Positions 24,537-38,080 of a DNA stretch of 64,000 bases are shown piece after piece. Below the pieces are notes generated by a model, which saw only the letters and a list, made by a program, of their open reading frames with translations, ran no database searches and had not been told where the DNA came from. Made by a program: the position numbers and the translations under genes. The stretch spans positions 19,123,302 through 19,187,301 of the forward strand of contig JAHRHZ010000283.1 in the NCBI GenBank assembly GCA_024137785.1, given 5' to 3'. Source of the stretch: Ginglymostoma cirratum (taxonomy: Eukaryota). Position 1 is the stretch's first letter. Every line of letters begins with the position of its first letter.

Positions 24537-25423
24537 GGTGCTTATTTCAAAGGGTGTGGGGCTAGGAGTTGGAGTGTAAGAGTAGGGACGACTTACTGCA
24601 ACTGTGGGGTGGGGCTAAGACCACATCTGGAATATTGTGAGCAGTTTTGGTTCCCTTTATTTAGGGAGAGGTGTCATTTCATTGGAGGCAGTTCAGAGAA
24701 GCTTCACTAGGATGGTCCCTCATATGAAAGGATTGGCTGATAAGCAGGTTGAGTCTCTCCTCACTGGAATTTAGAAGAATGAGAGGTGATCTCATTGTAA
24801 TATATAGGATTCTTAAGGGGCTTGACAGGGTAAATGCTGGGAGGATGTTTCCCCTCATAGGAGAGTTTAGGATCAGAGGGCATAGTTTCAGAATAAAGGG
24901 GCACCAAGTTAAGACTGAGATGAACAGGAATTTCTTCTCTTAAAGGGTTGAGAGTCTTTGGAACTCCTTGTCACAGAAAGCTTTGGGGTCAGATTTCTTG
25001 TGTATATCTAAGGCTGACTTAGATTCTTGATTGGGAGAATTCAAGGGTTATGGGGAAAGGGCAGGAAAGTGTAAGTGAGGAATGTCAGATCAGCCATGAT
25101 CCCATTGAATGGTGCAGCAGGCTTGAAGGGCTGAATGGCCTACTCCTGTTCTTATTTCTTATGGTCTTACTTCGGAGCTCATTGACACCTACAATTTGCA
25201 CACTTCTTCCAGGTTGCTTTAGGTCAAGGGACACATTGCCTGACGTGGTACAGGTGGGGTTTGAATATGGCACTAATGATTGCAACACCTTGGCTGCAGT
25301 GAGCACTTCTGCTTTTTCTGCCACATGATTCCATGGGACAGACTGCAAAGAGGCTGGTATACAATGAATGAGAGGTAGAACGGAAGTTTACCCAAGAAAA
25401 GTCAGCATGGGTTGTTAAGGTGG

Positions 25424-25657
25424 TACCTACACTCATCTTTACTGGCTCCATCCCCGCCTCTTCGACTTGTCTGCCTCCTCTCCACCTATCCTCTCCTCTA
25501 TCCATCCTCTATCCGCCTTCCCCTCTCTCCCTATTTATTTCAGAACCCTCTTCCCCTCCCCCATTTCTGATGAAGGGTTTAGGCCCAAAACGTCAAGTTT
25601 TCCTGCTCCTATGATGCTGCTTGACCTGCTGTGTTCATCCAGCCCCATGCTTGTTAT
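25424..25657 (+). mobile_element. PLE family A 3' UTR/pLTR insertion with 13 bp TSD; hammerhead motif with GAAA>AAAA change (25567-25594)
   Basis: TSD catgggttgttaa at 25406-25418 and 25658-25670; ctgatgaagggtttaggcccaaaacgtc. Confidence 0.9.
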
Positions 25658-26469
25658 CATGGGTTGTTAAAGATTGGGCACTATGGAATTTATTCGAAAA
25701 AATATTTTGCCCAAAAAAATGAGAAAACGCAGCTTGTAACAACTGGGCTGCAGTAATGCCCCACAAACATGACACTGTGCAAATAATCTGCTTGTTCATG
25801 CCATAGAATCTTTCATGCCAATCACAGAGACTACAAGAGGCTTGACTTAACAGTTCATTTGAATGGTGGAACTTCTTTTCAAAAAAAAAAGCATTTTGTA
25901 CTGGACTAGACTTTCTGATTAGATGTTATGCTCTAGCCTGTGTGGTGGATTGAATTAGTAAACTTCTAATTCCGAAATGAGAGCATTATTAACTGAGCCA
26001 CAGTTGTACAATTAAGTTCATCATCATTCCGTCACTCTTGTAACAATGGTTACTTGCAAATGTTTCTTATTTTCTTTGTGGCTGATATTTACCCAGCTGT
26101 AAAGTTTCTGCATCCAGTGTTCAGTTTATGGTTGTCTGCGATTTTGAAGGAGCAACTATTTATATAAGACTATGGAGGAAGGACACAGAGTTCTGGGGAC
26201 AGCTGTGCCTTTAGAAATGTGTCTTTTTTTCCAAAAAAGACCACTGTCCTCTCGCATCACCCTCAGTGTTTAGTAAATTGTACAAATCTACACCCGTTAT
26301 TCAATTTATGCTTTTCTGGTGCTTTCTTCCTTTTTCAAGAGTGCAAACTTGTTGCCCAATAGCAAATTATTCTTGACCTGGATCAGTGAAAAGAAATATT
26401 AACTTCAACATTTAAACAGCTTAAATTTGATTTATCAACGGCAGTGGTTCAAAGACTGACGTGGTAGAA

Positions 26470-28455
26470 GTGAGTTCTGGCTTGTAAGCTGTGGCAACTG
26501 TACGAGGGAAAATGGGATTGGTCTCGACCTGAATCATGCTGTGGCTGGTCATCTTGCCAATTACATAATTATGGACATACAGAGGATTTTGAACTGAATA
26601 GTGGGGGAAAGGGATTGAATATAGGAAGATGTAGTAAATCAAATAGTACAGTCAAGGCCAAAGAGAAAAGTATTAATATAGGAAAAGATACAGACCATGA
26701 CAGGAAGTGATGGAGAGTACGAATCTAAGAGTCAACTCGCAGAATGTGGATAGGAACCTAAATCTCAAAGGGTACAGTATATTAAGGTATGACTGGAAAA
26801 TCAGAAGAGGTGGAGGGCTAGCTGTGTTTGCTAATGATGGTATTAGTACGGTAGAGAGGAATTACCTAAGTTGAAGAAGTCAGCGGTGGCAATATTCTAA
26901 TTAGAAATCAGAAATCATAGAGGTAAGGAGTCACATATGGGACTGCTGTACAGGCCCCCTAACAGGAAATACACTTTAGTGTGGGGCGTAAAGGAAGAAT
27001 TAATGAGAGTTATTAGAAAGGAATTTAAATAATCATGGGAGATTTTAATCTACATGTTGACTGGAAAGGTCAGATGGGCAACGGGAGCCTAGATGATTGA
27101 TAGGGTTGTTTTGATAAGGTTCTACATCAAAGGTTATTGGGGAAAATAAAAGCTCATGGTATAGGAAAGCCAGCATATTGGCATGGATAGAGAATTGACT
27201 GGCTAATAGGAAGTAGAAAGTGGGTGTAAATGTATATCTTTCAAGGTGGCAAGATGTACCAAATGGCGTAATACAAGCATTGGTGCTGGGAACTCAACTG
27301 TTAACAATTTATGTAAGTGACTTAGCTGAAAGAACAAAAGATATGCTTGCTAATTTTGCTGATAACCCATGAATAGGCAAGTAAAATGTGAAGAGGAGGC
27401 AAGGAGATTGGTAAAGCATATTTATAGATTAACTGAGTTTGCGAAGATGTGGCAAATGGAGTATAGTTTGGGAAAATGTAAATTGTCAATTAAGCCAGGA
27501 AGAATGTAAAAGAAGCATATTATCAGAATGATGAGAGATTACAGAGATCTGAGATGCAAAAGAATGTGTAGGGTTTTTTTAAAGGGGAATCACAAAGGAT
27601 TAGTAAAGGGGCCCCAGTGAGCTGATCAGGAAAGCTAATAGAATGTTGCTGTTTATTGTGAGGGGAATTGATGACACAAATGGGGAAGTTATGCTTCAGT
27701 TATACCTGGCACAGGTGAGACCACATCTGAAGTAAGGAAAGATGTAAATGTGTTGGACGCCATTCAGAGAAGACTTACTAGACTAATACCGGGAATAATG
27801 CCTTATGTTGTGAGGTTGGCCAGGCTCGGCTTGTATCCACTGGGGAAAAGGAGAGCAAGAGGCGGTTTAATTGAAATGTATAAAATCTTGAGGAGCCTTG
27901 TCAGGGTGGAGGTAGAGAGGATGTTTCCATTTGTGGCAGAATCTACAAGTAAGGGTCACTGTATGAAAATCAAGGGTCATCCATTTAAAACAGAGTAGGC
28001 AAAAAAAAATCTCTGAATGTCATGGGTATTAGAACTCTTCCTGAAAAAGTGATAAAAACTGAGCCTTTGAATATTTTTAAGGCAGAGTTTGAGGTAGAAG
28101 TAACTCCACAGAGGCTGGTATACTGTCACGAAGTCGCCCTTTATTTATGCATGCACAGGTCTTGACACTGGTCTGGCTTCCTCAGAGCCAACTCTGAGTG
28201 AACAGAACCTCTGACACTCCTGTTTATATCTGTCAGCCAGGGCTCTCTGATTGGAGCAGATGAACAGCCCAATCAGGGAACTCATATTCTGTAAGGCCCA
28301 CTTGGTTGACCTCTTTACAGTCACTGCAGAGGTTATCAGGGGTAGGCAGGAATGTGGATTTGAATTAATAATCAGATCAGCCATAAGCTTAATGAATGGC
28401 GGAACAGACCTGAGGGATTGAATGGTGCACTCCTGCTTCTGCTTTGTATGTTCTG
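26470..28455 (+). mobile_element. Old CR1-clade LINE (endonuclease + RT, internally deleted), interrupted near its 3' end
   Basis: gtacaggccccctaac (YRPP), atcatgggagattttaat (IMGDFN), tttgataaggtt (FDKV), tttgctgataac, ORF LDAIQRRLTRLIPG...RARGGLIEMYKIL; tail at 28335-28455. Confidence 0.85.
28090..28328 (-). mobile_element. Putative short solo LTR (Gypsy-like) inserted in CR1
   Basis: TG...CA ends; on the minus strand CCAAT-like boxes, ATATAAA and AATAAA appear in LTR order; interrupts the CR1 3' region. Confidence 0.6.
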
Positions 28456-29189
28456 GTGTAAAAATTAAATTTTAGCAAGGAAATACTTCGGTTATAGTTT
28501 TCTTCCTTTTACATTGTTTAACTTCTGTGTGTGGTCATGTTGATAACTCAGGGAAGTTGAGTTGCTGTGGCAATATATGCTGTCCTCCTTCAGCTGCATT
28601 GATTTTGTCACTCTCAAACACCTTCAGGAAATTCAAGCCTGTTCATTCCATGATGTTATAACTCCATTTGGTCTTCTGCCTACCTAGTCCCTTTACCATT
28701 CATTGTAACATTCTCTTTGCTACACCATTGCTGCTCCTTCTGTGTTTGTTTTGTCTATTGCATGCACACACTGCTTGTCAATTCTGCTGCCTGATAATTT
28801 TCTATATTTATCCTCCATTATTATACTGTATTACTTTTGTCAGACAATATGTTGTTTTTGGTCCTTTTACATGATAGTTTCTTCGCTTTGCTCCTTTGTT
28901 TCTCCTTGCACTGATCTTTAACATTATCATTAGGCTAGCTTGAGGTTTAGAAGAGTCTGTCCAGTATTTTTACAGCCTCTGAAGAACATGAGTGTGATAG
29001 TTGGAAATATCATGGGATTGGCTGTGAGGAACTTCTTGATATTGAAAGCAAAGCATCCCATTTTCCCCCCAGTGTATGGAGACATGATTCTCACTAATGA
29101 GATACAAGAGGCCTATTTGCATCTATTAGTATGCAGTAACATGATATTATCACAACTTGCCTCTCTGATACACAGTTCACCTTTCTCCC

Positions 29190-29398
29190 ACAAAAACAGA
29201 AGTTGTTGGAAAAGCTCAGCAGTTCTGGCAGCATCTGTGAAGAAAAAAGTCAGAGTTAACGTTCGAACTCTGATGAAGGACCCGAAACATTAACTCTGAC
29301 TTTTTCTTCACAGGTGCTGCCAGACCTGTTGAGCTTTTTCAGCAACTTGTGTTTTTGTTCCTGATTTACAGCATCTGCAGTTCTTTCAGTTTTTATTT
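29190..29398 (+). mobile_element. PLE family B hairpin insertion
   Basis: Inverted arms acaaaaacagaagttg...gtcagagttaa / ttaactctgac...caacttgtgtttttgt around ctgatgaaggacccgaaac; cctttctccc on both flanks (29180-29189, 29407-29416). Confidence 0.88.
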
Positions 29399-30359
29399 GG
29401 TATTTCCCTTTCTCCCTACTGCCAGACAGAAACTAGGTGCCGACAGTTCCTGACATGATAGCCAGAACAGTAACCTGGCAACTCCAGCTCACTGCTTGCT
29501 CCTCCGGACCTCCATGCTCTAACATCTCAGGCATACTCCATGGCAGCAACTACATGCGTTCCCACCATCCCATCATAGGCACCAGACATGTACCAACTCG
29601 ACTGCACTTTCATGGCACCACTCCAATCCACTTACAATATGGCTCTGTACTTCAAAGCTGCACTTTGGAGCACATTGGTATCTTTAATTGGAGTACTGCT
29701 GAGAGGGCACTTTGTGCACAGGTTTGGGCACCCAGCTCATGGATTCAACCAGGGTGCACCCCAGGCATTCCTCCTTGATGTCTCACCGCTCACTCTTTTT
29801 TGAGTTTACTTCAATGCTCAGGGCATCCCTGACTTGCCTAACTTTGCCTTTTTGCATGTTGCCCCCGAGCTAGACCTTAAATCCTTACTGTACTTCTGTC
29901 TTGACTTGCCCTTCAGCAAACACACAAAGGTTAACCTTGTCATGTTTGTTAGCAGTCAAGATCATTACTGTGCTATGTCAGTCTCACCTGGGTATGGTCA
30001 TAGTCAAGGTTTTAGCATGTCAATACCAATTGATGACAGTTTTCATGATCACTACTATTGAGACAAATGTTCAATTCCAGATTTTTTAAATTAAATTTAA
30101 ATTCCATCCACTGTTATGATAGAATTTGAACACGTGCCCCCAGAGCCTGGGCCTTAGGATTGCCGACGTTCTCACCACACTGTTGTCTCCCTATTGCTGC
30201 GTACAACAGATATATGGGATGTTAGGCAACACGTGGTTGTGGTCATTCTTATCTTCCATAACAGAATGTGTTTGAAGGTTAACTGCATTTTTTTGACTAG
30301 TAATTGTCTGATATCAATTGGAACTATGTTTAAGGAGAGGTCTTGGGGGTGTGGAAGGG

Positions 30360-30545
30360 CTGGCACGGGGCTCAGTGCTTAGTCTTGCTGCCTCAAAGTG
30401 CCAGGGCCCAAGGTTAGATTAGCCATGGGAAATACAGGGATGGTGTAGGTGAGTAGGTCTGGGTGGAATGCTATTTGGAGGGTCAGTGTGGACTCGATGG
30501 GTCAAATGTCACCGCTTCCACCCTGTCGGGATTCTATGATCCTAT
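30360..30545 (+). mobile_element. HE1-type SINE, internally deleted
   Basis: ggcacggggctcagtgcttag...gctgcctca...ggagggtcagtgtggactcgatggg...gggattctatgat. Confidence 0.7.
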
Positions 30546-30999
30546 CATTTTTAAATAGCTAGTGCTCTGCATCTGAGGTTTCATGATCAAGTCCTAACCA
30601 ATCAAAGTGATGCCCATCAAATGTAAGCACTTGTTTCTCTCAAACAGAGAGACAGGCAAATAACTATTTACAGATGGATGAAGTGTAGTTAAGAAAGGAG
30701 CTCTTCGGTGCTGAATGAGTAATTTTCAGCTTTGCTGTCTTTTTCTTGAATTTGCTGAAATTTTTTCCCCATCTCTCGAGAGGCTGAATAGCTGCTATTG
30801 AATGGGAAATATTTGAGGGAGTTGAATGCCTTGTTTGGATGAAATGTGGCCAAACGATCAGCATGATGTAGGATTGAACTGTGTCAAGTCAAGTCTTCTG
30901 GGTTCCTGTCTAGTTAGGACAAGGTGAAAATTGGTGAGGAGAAATCTAAAACGGACAGAGAAGATCTCTTATAACATACTTGGAATAGTGCCACTGATG

Positions 31000-32010
31000 C
31001 TCAAAACCCGTGGGGTCATTGCAAAAGCTAAAGATTTAATTAAAAGTCAGAGACACAAAGTCCTTAATTTGCCCGTTTAATTGACTCAGGTCAATAAAAC
31101 AAAAATATTGATCTGTACTTAACAGGAACTACAGTGCATCAAATATAATTCAACTCTATCAACAGATATCAAAGTGCAAAGTGGCAACATATAGCTCTAA
31201 TGATTAAAACTGTAATCTGTGTTAAAATCCCTAAACAGACAGACAGATAGACAGACACATACACACATACACATGCACAGAGATCAAAATAAATGGGTGT
31301 TATGGGTGGAGTGAAAGGTGCCGGGGTATAAGCACGAGTCCACATGCTTTGATGAGGTCTGTGCATTTTCCTTCCTGAGATCTGTTGTTTTCTGATCTCC
31401 TTCCTTCCATGTTCTTTCAGATCTTTGCTGTAAACACAGGGGATTTACAAATTTTCAGTTCAGTTTGCAGTCACTGGATGGAGTTAACAGCTTCCAAAAA
31501 ATGGTGAGAATGTCTCCAGGCTCGATTTACTTTGCCACAGAGAGACAGAGAGAGACTTTGCTTCTTCTAGTCTGAAGACTTTCAGCCTCTGTGTATCTTC
31601 TTAAAATTTTTTTATGTAATGTATCCTTTACACACAACAACTGTTCAGCTCGCCAGGAACCAACCAGAGAGCTGTCATCAGGCTTGTGACCTCTGGCATG
31701 CACAACTGGTCTCAACTGCATAAATCATTCAACAATCTTGCTGGCTGAGTCTCATTCTGCCCACACACTCTCGAGCCGCGATGTCTTATCCTTCTGCATC
31801 CCTACTGCTTGCAAAGCAACATTATAGACACAACTTAGTTCCTGTAGCTTGTGTTTTTTTAAAAGTTCAGCAATTCCTTCTTCAGCCTTTTGATTTAAAA
31901 ACAATCTTTTTACCATTTCAGCCCACAATCGCAATGAAGAAAATAAAAAGATGCAATCTTTAGAAATGAAAAATCTTCTGTTTGGAAAAAAAAAGATCGT
32001 TTCATGTTTC
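31000..32010. mobile_element. Putative solo LTR with (CAGA/CA)n tract
   Basis: Layout like 3251-4119 (ttaattaa, microsatellite at ~31236-31280, ccaa.cagagagctgtcatcagg...tgtgacc); ends poorly defined. Confidence 0.35.
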
Positions 32011-32175
32011 AGAGATCTGCCAGTTTAAAACATGAATCAGTTATGTGATCAGGAGTGGGTAGAATGAAATATATTGAAATAAAATTGCATTCAGTTTGTG
32101 CGTATAATGGTTGTAAAATAAACAGGCTTGTTGGCTTCACCTTCCTGAGTGTTTGCGGGCATACCAGAAAATCAC

Positions 32176-32502
32176 ATCATCATAGAAGCCCTGCAGTGTG
32201 GAAGAGTCCACACCAACCTTCCTAAGAATATCCCACCCAGATCCACTCCCCACTCCCACCCTATAATCCTGCATCTTTTCCTTGGCTAACCCATCCCTGG
32301 ACTCTACAGGGCAATTTAGCATAGCTAACCCACCTAACCTGCACATCTGGATACTGGATTACCCAGAGTAAACCCACGCAGACACGAGGAGAATGTGCAG
32401 ACTCCACACAGACAATTGCCTGAGGCGTCAAGCCCAGGAATCAAGCCTGGGTCTTTGGTGCTATGAGGCAGCAGTGCTAACCACTGCGCTACCGTGCCAC
32501 CC
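32176..32502 (-). mobile_element. HE1-type V-SINE
   Basis: Reverse complement of the head (gggtggcacggtagcgcagtggttagcactgctgcctc), the V-domain and the tail. Confidence 0.9.
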
Positions 32503-33361
32503 ATGATGTTGCAGGCATGATTGCTGTATCCAGTTTATACAAACAGAACACTTCATCGTGAAATAATGTGTTATTCGTCCAATCAAGAGGTTGACATCAC
32601 ATGGTGAGAGATTAGAAGCTCAGTACGGAATATAACTGATCGGGGACCTGGTTCTTGGAGAGACTGGTTATGCTGAACCAAAGTGAATAAATAGCGTGGA
32701 AATATTTATAACAGTGCTTATCAGAACTAGTCCTATATTCCTCAGAAGTGTAGCACTCAAGAATGGCAGCTTTGATGTCCCAGAACAGAAACATAGGTGT
32801 GACCAACCTGCCTATTCACTCTCGATTCTCACAGATAACTAATTGTCAGAAATGTGTTGAGTGAATGGAATGAATGGCTCAGCTCTGAGACACTAGGATT
32901 TACTGTTGAAGATCTATGCCGTACATATTCTTTGTATAAACCAAAGTTTAGCCTTTGTTTAATGTTAATCTAATGTATAAACTAGTAAAGAAACTGAAAC
33001 ATTCCTTCCAGGCAAATTTTCAGAGATACGTGCAGTTTTTCTTTTAACATCTGGTTTGAATAGTTTAATGTGGTAAATTTATCGACATTATGAACATCAT
33101 AATTACCTGTATGTTCATATACATCAGATTTGTTTAAATAATTGTGCTTTTTTTCTGCTTATCTAAATTGAAAACACAAAGTGTAAGATTACGTTGCAGT
33201 TTTCTGCTCCTTTAATCAATTCCTCATCCTGCATTCACTTTTGAATAAAGCTTGTAACATCACTGTACTTATCAAATCTTGTTACATTTCAGCTCCATTG
33301 ACTTTATAACTTAAGTAGGGTTTGATGTTTCTGTTCATATAGGCAGTTTCACTGGTATGTA

Positions 33362-33560
33362 TCAAAAAGAAAGAATTTGCATTTATACAGTACCTATTAT
33401 GAAATCAGAACTTGAAATACTTTGCAGCCAGTGAGAAATATTTCTGAATTGTAGACACTTTTATAATGTAGGGCACAACAATAAATTTTGCACAGTGAGA
33501 TCACAATAATGACAATGAAATAAAGGACCCAATAATCTATTTTAGTGATATTGGTAGATA
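33362..33560 (-). mobile_element. Deu-domain SINE 3' part
   Basis: aagaatttgcatttatacagtacc...tttgcagccagtga...aattttgcacagtgagatcacaataatgacaatgaaataa...aataatctattttt. Confidence 0.6.
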
Positions 33561-36000
33561 AACAAAACAGTCTATTTGGTATTCATTGATTTTAAGCTCG
33601 TAGTAAGATTCATTCTATTAATGCGCAGAATATTGATGAAGATAATTTGTTTTGCGGAGACACTTGCTTTATTTTAGCACTTTTACAAATTCAAATTGTG
33701 ACTTTCCATTGTGACCACCTAGAGCTGTTGGCAAAGGGACTAATTGCTGCGTAGTTCTTCATGCAGCAATATTAAATCAACACTCATGCTTCAAGCATCA
33801 AAAGTTTTTTTCTCGCACTGTTTTATGAGAGACAATTTTGGTATTATTAATTATTATTACATTAAGATCAAACCAGTTGCCTTAGGAGATTCGAAATAAT
33901 TTGAGGAAGCAATGCTGTAACTGTATCATCAGAAATTTGATGTTAGCAACTTGGTGGGTTAACATGTTTTAAAGCTGCTTTCGTTTGTAGCTTTATGTAT
34001 CGGTGCACTGTGCGCTCTATATATGCAAATAATGATCCAAACAAGATTGGTGTTCTCTGATGCATTGCTCTGAGTTGGTGCTAACTGCACTCTAGGAAAC
34101 CACATTTCGTCTAACTGACATTCCCAAAGGGATATTCTGTTAGCACAGCCAGTGAATGAAAGAGTTAAAATGTGCTTACCTCAGTATAGAACCAGCAGGT
34201 TCAGGACTACTACTTTGGAACGTATTCAAAACAAATGTGCTATTATCCCACCTCAAATCATCCGCCCTCTCCCAGCCCTGACCACTGCTGCCTTCTGGTG
34301 CAAATGCTTTCTCGCTGGTTAGCCACTAACTTTCACTTCCCCTTTAGCCTCCTCCAACCACTGAGGGTGCAGCTATTACAACAGCTTAATAGTGTGTTAC
34401 AGTTTAAAGGTGTTGGCTGCCTCTTGACCTACAAATGTCTTACTGGTGTGGCCAAAGAAGCAACTGCTTTTAAACAATGCCTGTCAGGTCACGTGCACCT
34501 TAATTTCCCAACAGTAAGAATTTTGACTGACACGTCAGTCCAAAGGCAGGTACCCAAGCTGCGAAATGCTAAAATGTCATTTTGTCTCCACGATTATCAT
34601 GTGCTATTTATTATATTTGTTGTGGACCGTGTTGTCCACAAAAATTTATTTAAGTCGTGAAATTAAGGAGCTACCAACAATGGTTTGACTCTGCTCTGAA
34701 ACAATGTATGATATCCTATAGCATGCTGTGGGCTATGATGAGGTTTGTGGTGAGGCCCATCTTGATATCTGAGGTATTTCTCTTCACCTCTTGTGGTTTA
34801 GCTTAGTGTCCGGGTAAATATTTTATCATTAGGCAATGGAAAGTTGCCAATTAAAGGGGATTATTGCTTATTAAATTGCCTAATTTAACAGAATTGCCTC
34901 ATTAATACTCAGCTTGCTATCTTATTAAATGTGCCAAACAAGCTCAACGTTGCAGATCCTTGATGTGGATGTAAGAGTGGGGAACTGATGGTTACACTGG
35001 AAAATGATGCTCAGCACCAAAAAGCATCTCAGGGCACAATCCATCCATGGGCACCAGGACACGCAACTCTCATCCATTAACATTGCTATCTGACATCTAC
35101 CAACCCTTATGACCATTATAGCACTTCTCTGAATCACTTGCAGGATGCTCAGGGAGTACCTATATTGTAGGTTGCACTAGCAACTAGCAATGAAAGGCTG
35201 CGGCAAGAATATTTTGCATATAGGAACAGCAACCCAGCTCGGAGCTTGGACCAGGCTGCATCGTGGAGTCTGCTCACGTGCTGTATTGGCACTTCACTCA
35301 CTTAGGACCTACCTGCATGCTTGCAGCATCCATGCCTTGCCTTGCTGTGCCATTTAACTCAGTCATCAGTCAGTGGGACAGTGCTGGGCAAGGGAAGACA
35401 TCTTGCTTTTCATCAGTGTGCAACATCAGTCTCACACTGGTACCATATCTCGGCAGTTTACATGGCAAACACACTGTATGCACAGCAAGCAAGCATCCAA
35501 TTGTCAAAGTATAAAGGGAGGCCAGACCTCGCTGAATCCATGGAGACATTGTTCAGTCGGGAGGGAGGGGGGGCTCCTGTCACAGGAGTTACAGGGGCTG
35601 GGAGTGGGGTGGGGTGTGAGGAGGAGCCATTGTCCTTTATACAACTTGTTCTTCATGCTTCTATATGCTGCAGCAGGCTTTAAATATGGATATCAATCCA
35701 TGGCACATCCTGAGTGGATAAGGACTTAGACATCATGTTGCAAAAGTTACATACAAGGGCTAAAGAGAGGCTCAAGCACTTGGATGTAAAGACAAAGCAG
35801 TGAAAATTTTACAATGGAAAGAATTCATGTCCAGTGAATTGTCAACATGTCACTAAAGTGACCTTGATATATTTCCTTCTTTTTCTCGCTCCCATTATAT
35901 CTCTGTGTAGTTCCTGTTTCCACAGCGCGGGGTTGGAGTGACCCTGTTCACTAGTGGATCCTGTTGGCCCTGGACGTTTGGTTGAGTAACCTTAGTGATG

Positions 36001-36133
36001 GGATAAAAGGTACTGCAGATGCTGGAGAATCCGAGATAACAAGCATGGGGCTGGATGAGCACAGCAGGTCAAGCAGCATCATAGGAGCAGGAAAACTGCT
36101 TGACCTGCTGTGCTCATCCAGCCCCATGCTTGT
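36001..36133 (-). mobile_element. PLE family A hairpin insertion with 14 bp TSD
   Basis: TSD taaccttagtgatg at 35987-36000 and 36134-36147; arms aacaagcatggggctggatgagcacagcaggtcaagca / tgcttgacctgctgtgctcatccagccccatgcttgtt. Confidence 0.92.
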
Positions 36134-36458
36134 TAACCTTAGTGATGTTTGTGTTTGTACATCAGTGAAAGGCTGAGAAGCTTCTTGACAGAGGTAAGTG
36201 AACCCTCCTCAGCTACACCTTTCAAAGTCTGAAAGGGGACAAGCAGGGTGGAAATGGAGGGCCCAGCCACCTCTGGAGTGTCTTGGGAGGAGACGCCTGA
36301 GGGGCCTCTGTGTTTCTTCCCACAGCTGGGAGCCTCCTGGCACCGCCCTGTTTCCTTGTGTGGATGGAGCACCTGGAGTGCATGCCAGGTTCCTGTATCC
36401 ATTTGCCATTCTGAGGACCAGTGGCTGGTGATGCACTGGGGATGTGTGCCCCCATCCA

Positions 36459-36468
36459 NNNNNNNNNN
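36459..36468. other. Assembly gap (10 N)
   Basis: Run of N. Confidence 1.
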
Positions 36469-38080
36469 GGGTACTGGATCCCCGTGGCAGCTGCTGACCT
36501 TTCCATTGATGCACCCGGACAGAGGGGTTACTGTGAGATTTGAGGTAAAATGAAGACGAATACTCACGGTGTTGATGGAACATAGATATCTCAGCATCCT
36601 TGCTTGGAGTGATTCTGGTCTTCTCCTGCGGGATACAGGGATCCCATCTTGTGAGGGCTGAGGTGTCTAATGTTGAGCACTGTTCCACCTATCTGGGTCC
36701 TTTCTACCAGTTTGTGGGTTCTTTGCCCCTATGATCAGAGAAGGGGAGGGATTGAGTGAGATGGAAGTGGGTAGTCCATCTGTTGGTGTAAGTGGTTAAA
36801 AGGTTGTGAGGTATTTCAAGGGAGTGAGGACGCAGTGCAGAGACCAGGCAGGACTGTGGTGTAGGAGGTTGGGGTGGATGAGAGTGAGTGAGGGAAGATG
36901 TTGCATGCAATAGTAAGTTGATAGAACATGAGCCTTGCTGAGATGTGGGTCAGCTAGCAGAGAGATTGAGTAGAGACTTATTCCTACATTTCTGGTTGTT
37001 TCTCTGCAATCTGGAGCTTGCACTGACCCAACTGATGGCCTGGGCACAGCATCCTCTAGTAGTCTTCTGGGAAGAGGACAATCCTGCTTTGCACCAGCTA
37101 CTTTATTAGGACCTCCAGATCCACATCAGAGAATTGTGACGCCATCTTACTCTTCTCTGACACATTCAGTTCCCGTCCTTGACTAAGCAGGTTAGCTTCA
37201 GAATGCCACGCACATTTGAGTGCACAGCAGCCTTTTAAATATGGTGTGGGTGCCAGGGATTTTGGACTTTTACTGGATATCTAGTAATTGGTGGGTTGTT
37301 TTGGGAATAGTAAGAAAATAATAAGATCAGATAAAAAAGGATGATATGGGGTGAGGTAGGTAAGTAATAAGACAAGTCTGGCAAGAAATCCCACTAAACC
37401 TCATAGCAAAACCCATCCAAAAAACTCAACACAACTTGCACTCAGCCAAAAAAATGTAAGATACAGCACACAAAAACAAAGTTGCTGGAATAGCTCAGCA
37501 GGTCTGGCAGCATCTGTGAAGGAAAAAACAGAGTTAACATTTCAGGTGCAGTGACCCTTCCTCAGAACTGATGGTGGTTGGGAAAACGCCAGTCTATATG
37601 CAGAAAAAAAGGGAAGGGGATGGGGTAGGAAGTCAGCGATAGGGATACAGCCTAAAGAGAGAGAAAGACAGTTGGACAGACAAAGAGTTGATAATGATCA
37701 GGCTGGGACGGTGAATTGTTGTTAATGGGAACTATTAGTCACTAATAACAGGTAGTGTGTAATGGCAGGCTATGTGGTAACAAGGCCTGGTGAGTGGGGC
37801 AGGGGGCTGGGACATGGGAGAGTTTAGGCCTCAAAATTATTGAATTGATATTGAGTCCAGAGGTCTGCAGGGTCCCCAAGTGGTCCACATAGCCTGCCAT
37901 TACACATTACCTGTTATTAGTCCCCATTAACAACTATTCACCTTCCCAGCCTGATCATTATCAACTCTTTGTCTATCCAACTGCTCTTCTCTCTCTTTAG
38001 GCTCTAACGTATCATTTACTCCCAACCCAATCCCCTCTCCTTTTTTCTGCATATAAACTGACATTTTCCCAACTATCATC

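Larger units (their letters stand above)
23080..25165 (+). mobile_element. CR1-clade LINE RT/3' end, interrupted by the duplication copy, a PLE hairpin and an assembly gap
   Basis: QHGFMK, IYINDLEEGSECTVSKFVDYTKIGG, LRPHLEYCEQFWFP, RRMRGDLI; 3' tail ggctgaatggcctactcctgttcttatttcttatg. Confidence 0.88.
34900..37467 (-). mobile_element. Decayed PIF/Harbinger-like DNA transposon region with Myb/SANT-like gene remnant
   Basis: Minus translation from ~37145: MASQFSDVDLEVLIK*LVQSRIVLFPED...AISWVSASSRLQRNNQ; GC-richer decayed body; probable terminus taagatacagccc split by a PLE; left boundary uncertain. Confidence 0.45.

Noticed and set aside
24030-24710. 226 aa ORF in the track
   Set aside because: Mostly translated N gap joining a PLE hairpin to a CR1 fragment
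28090-28105. tgaggtag let-7-like seed
   Set aside because: Only the first 8 nt match, no precursor hairpin, and it lies at the end of an LTR-like insert
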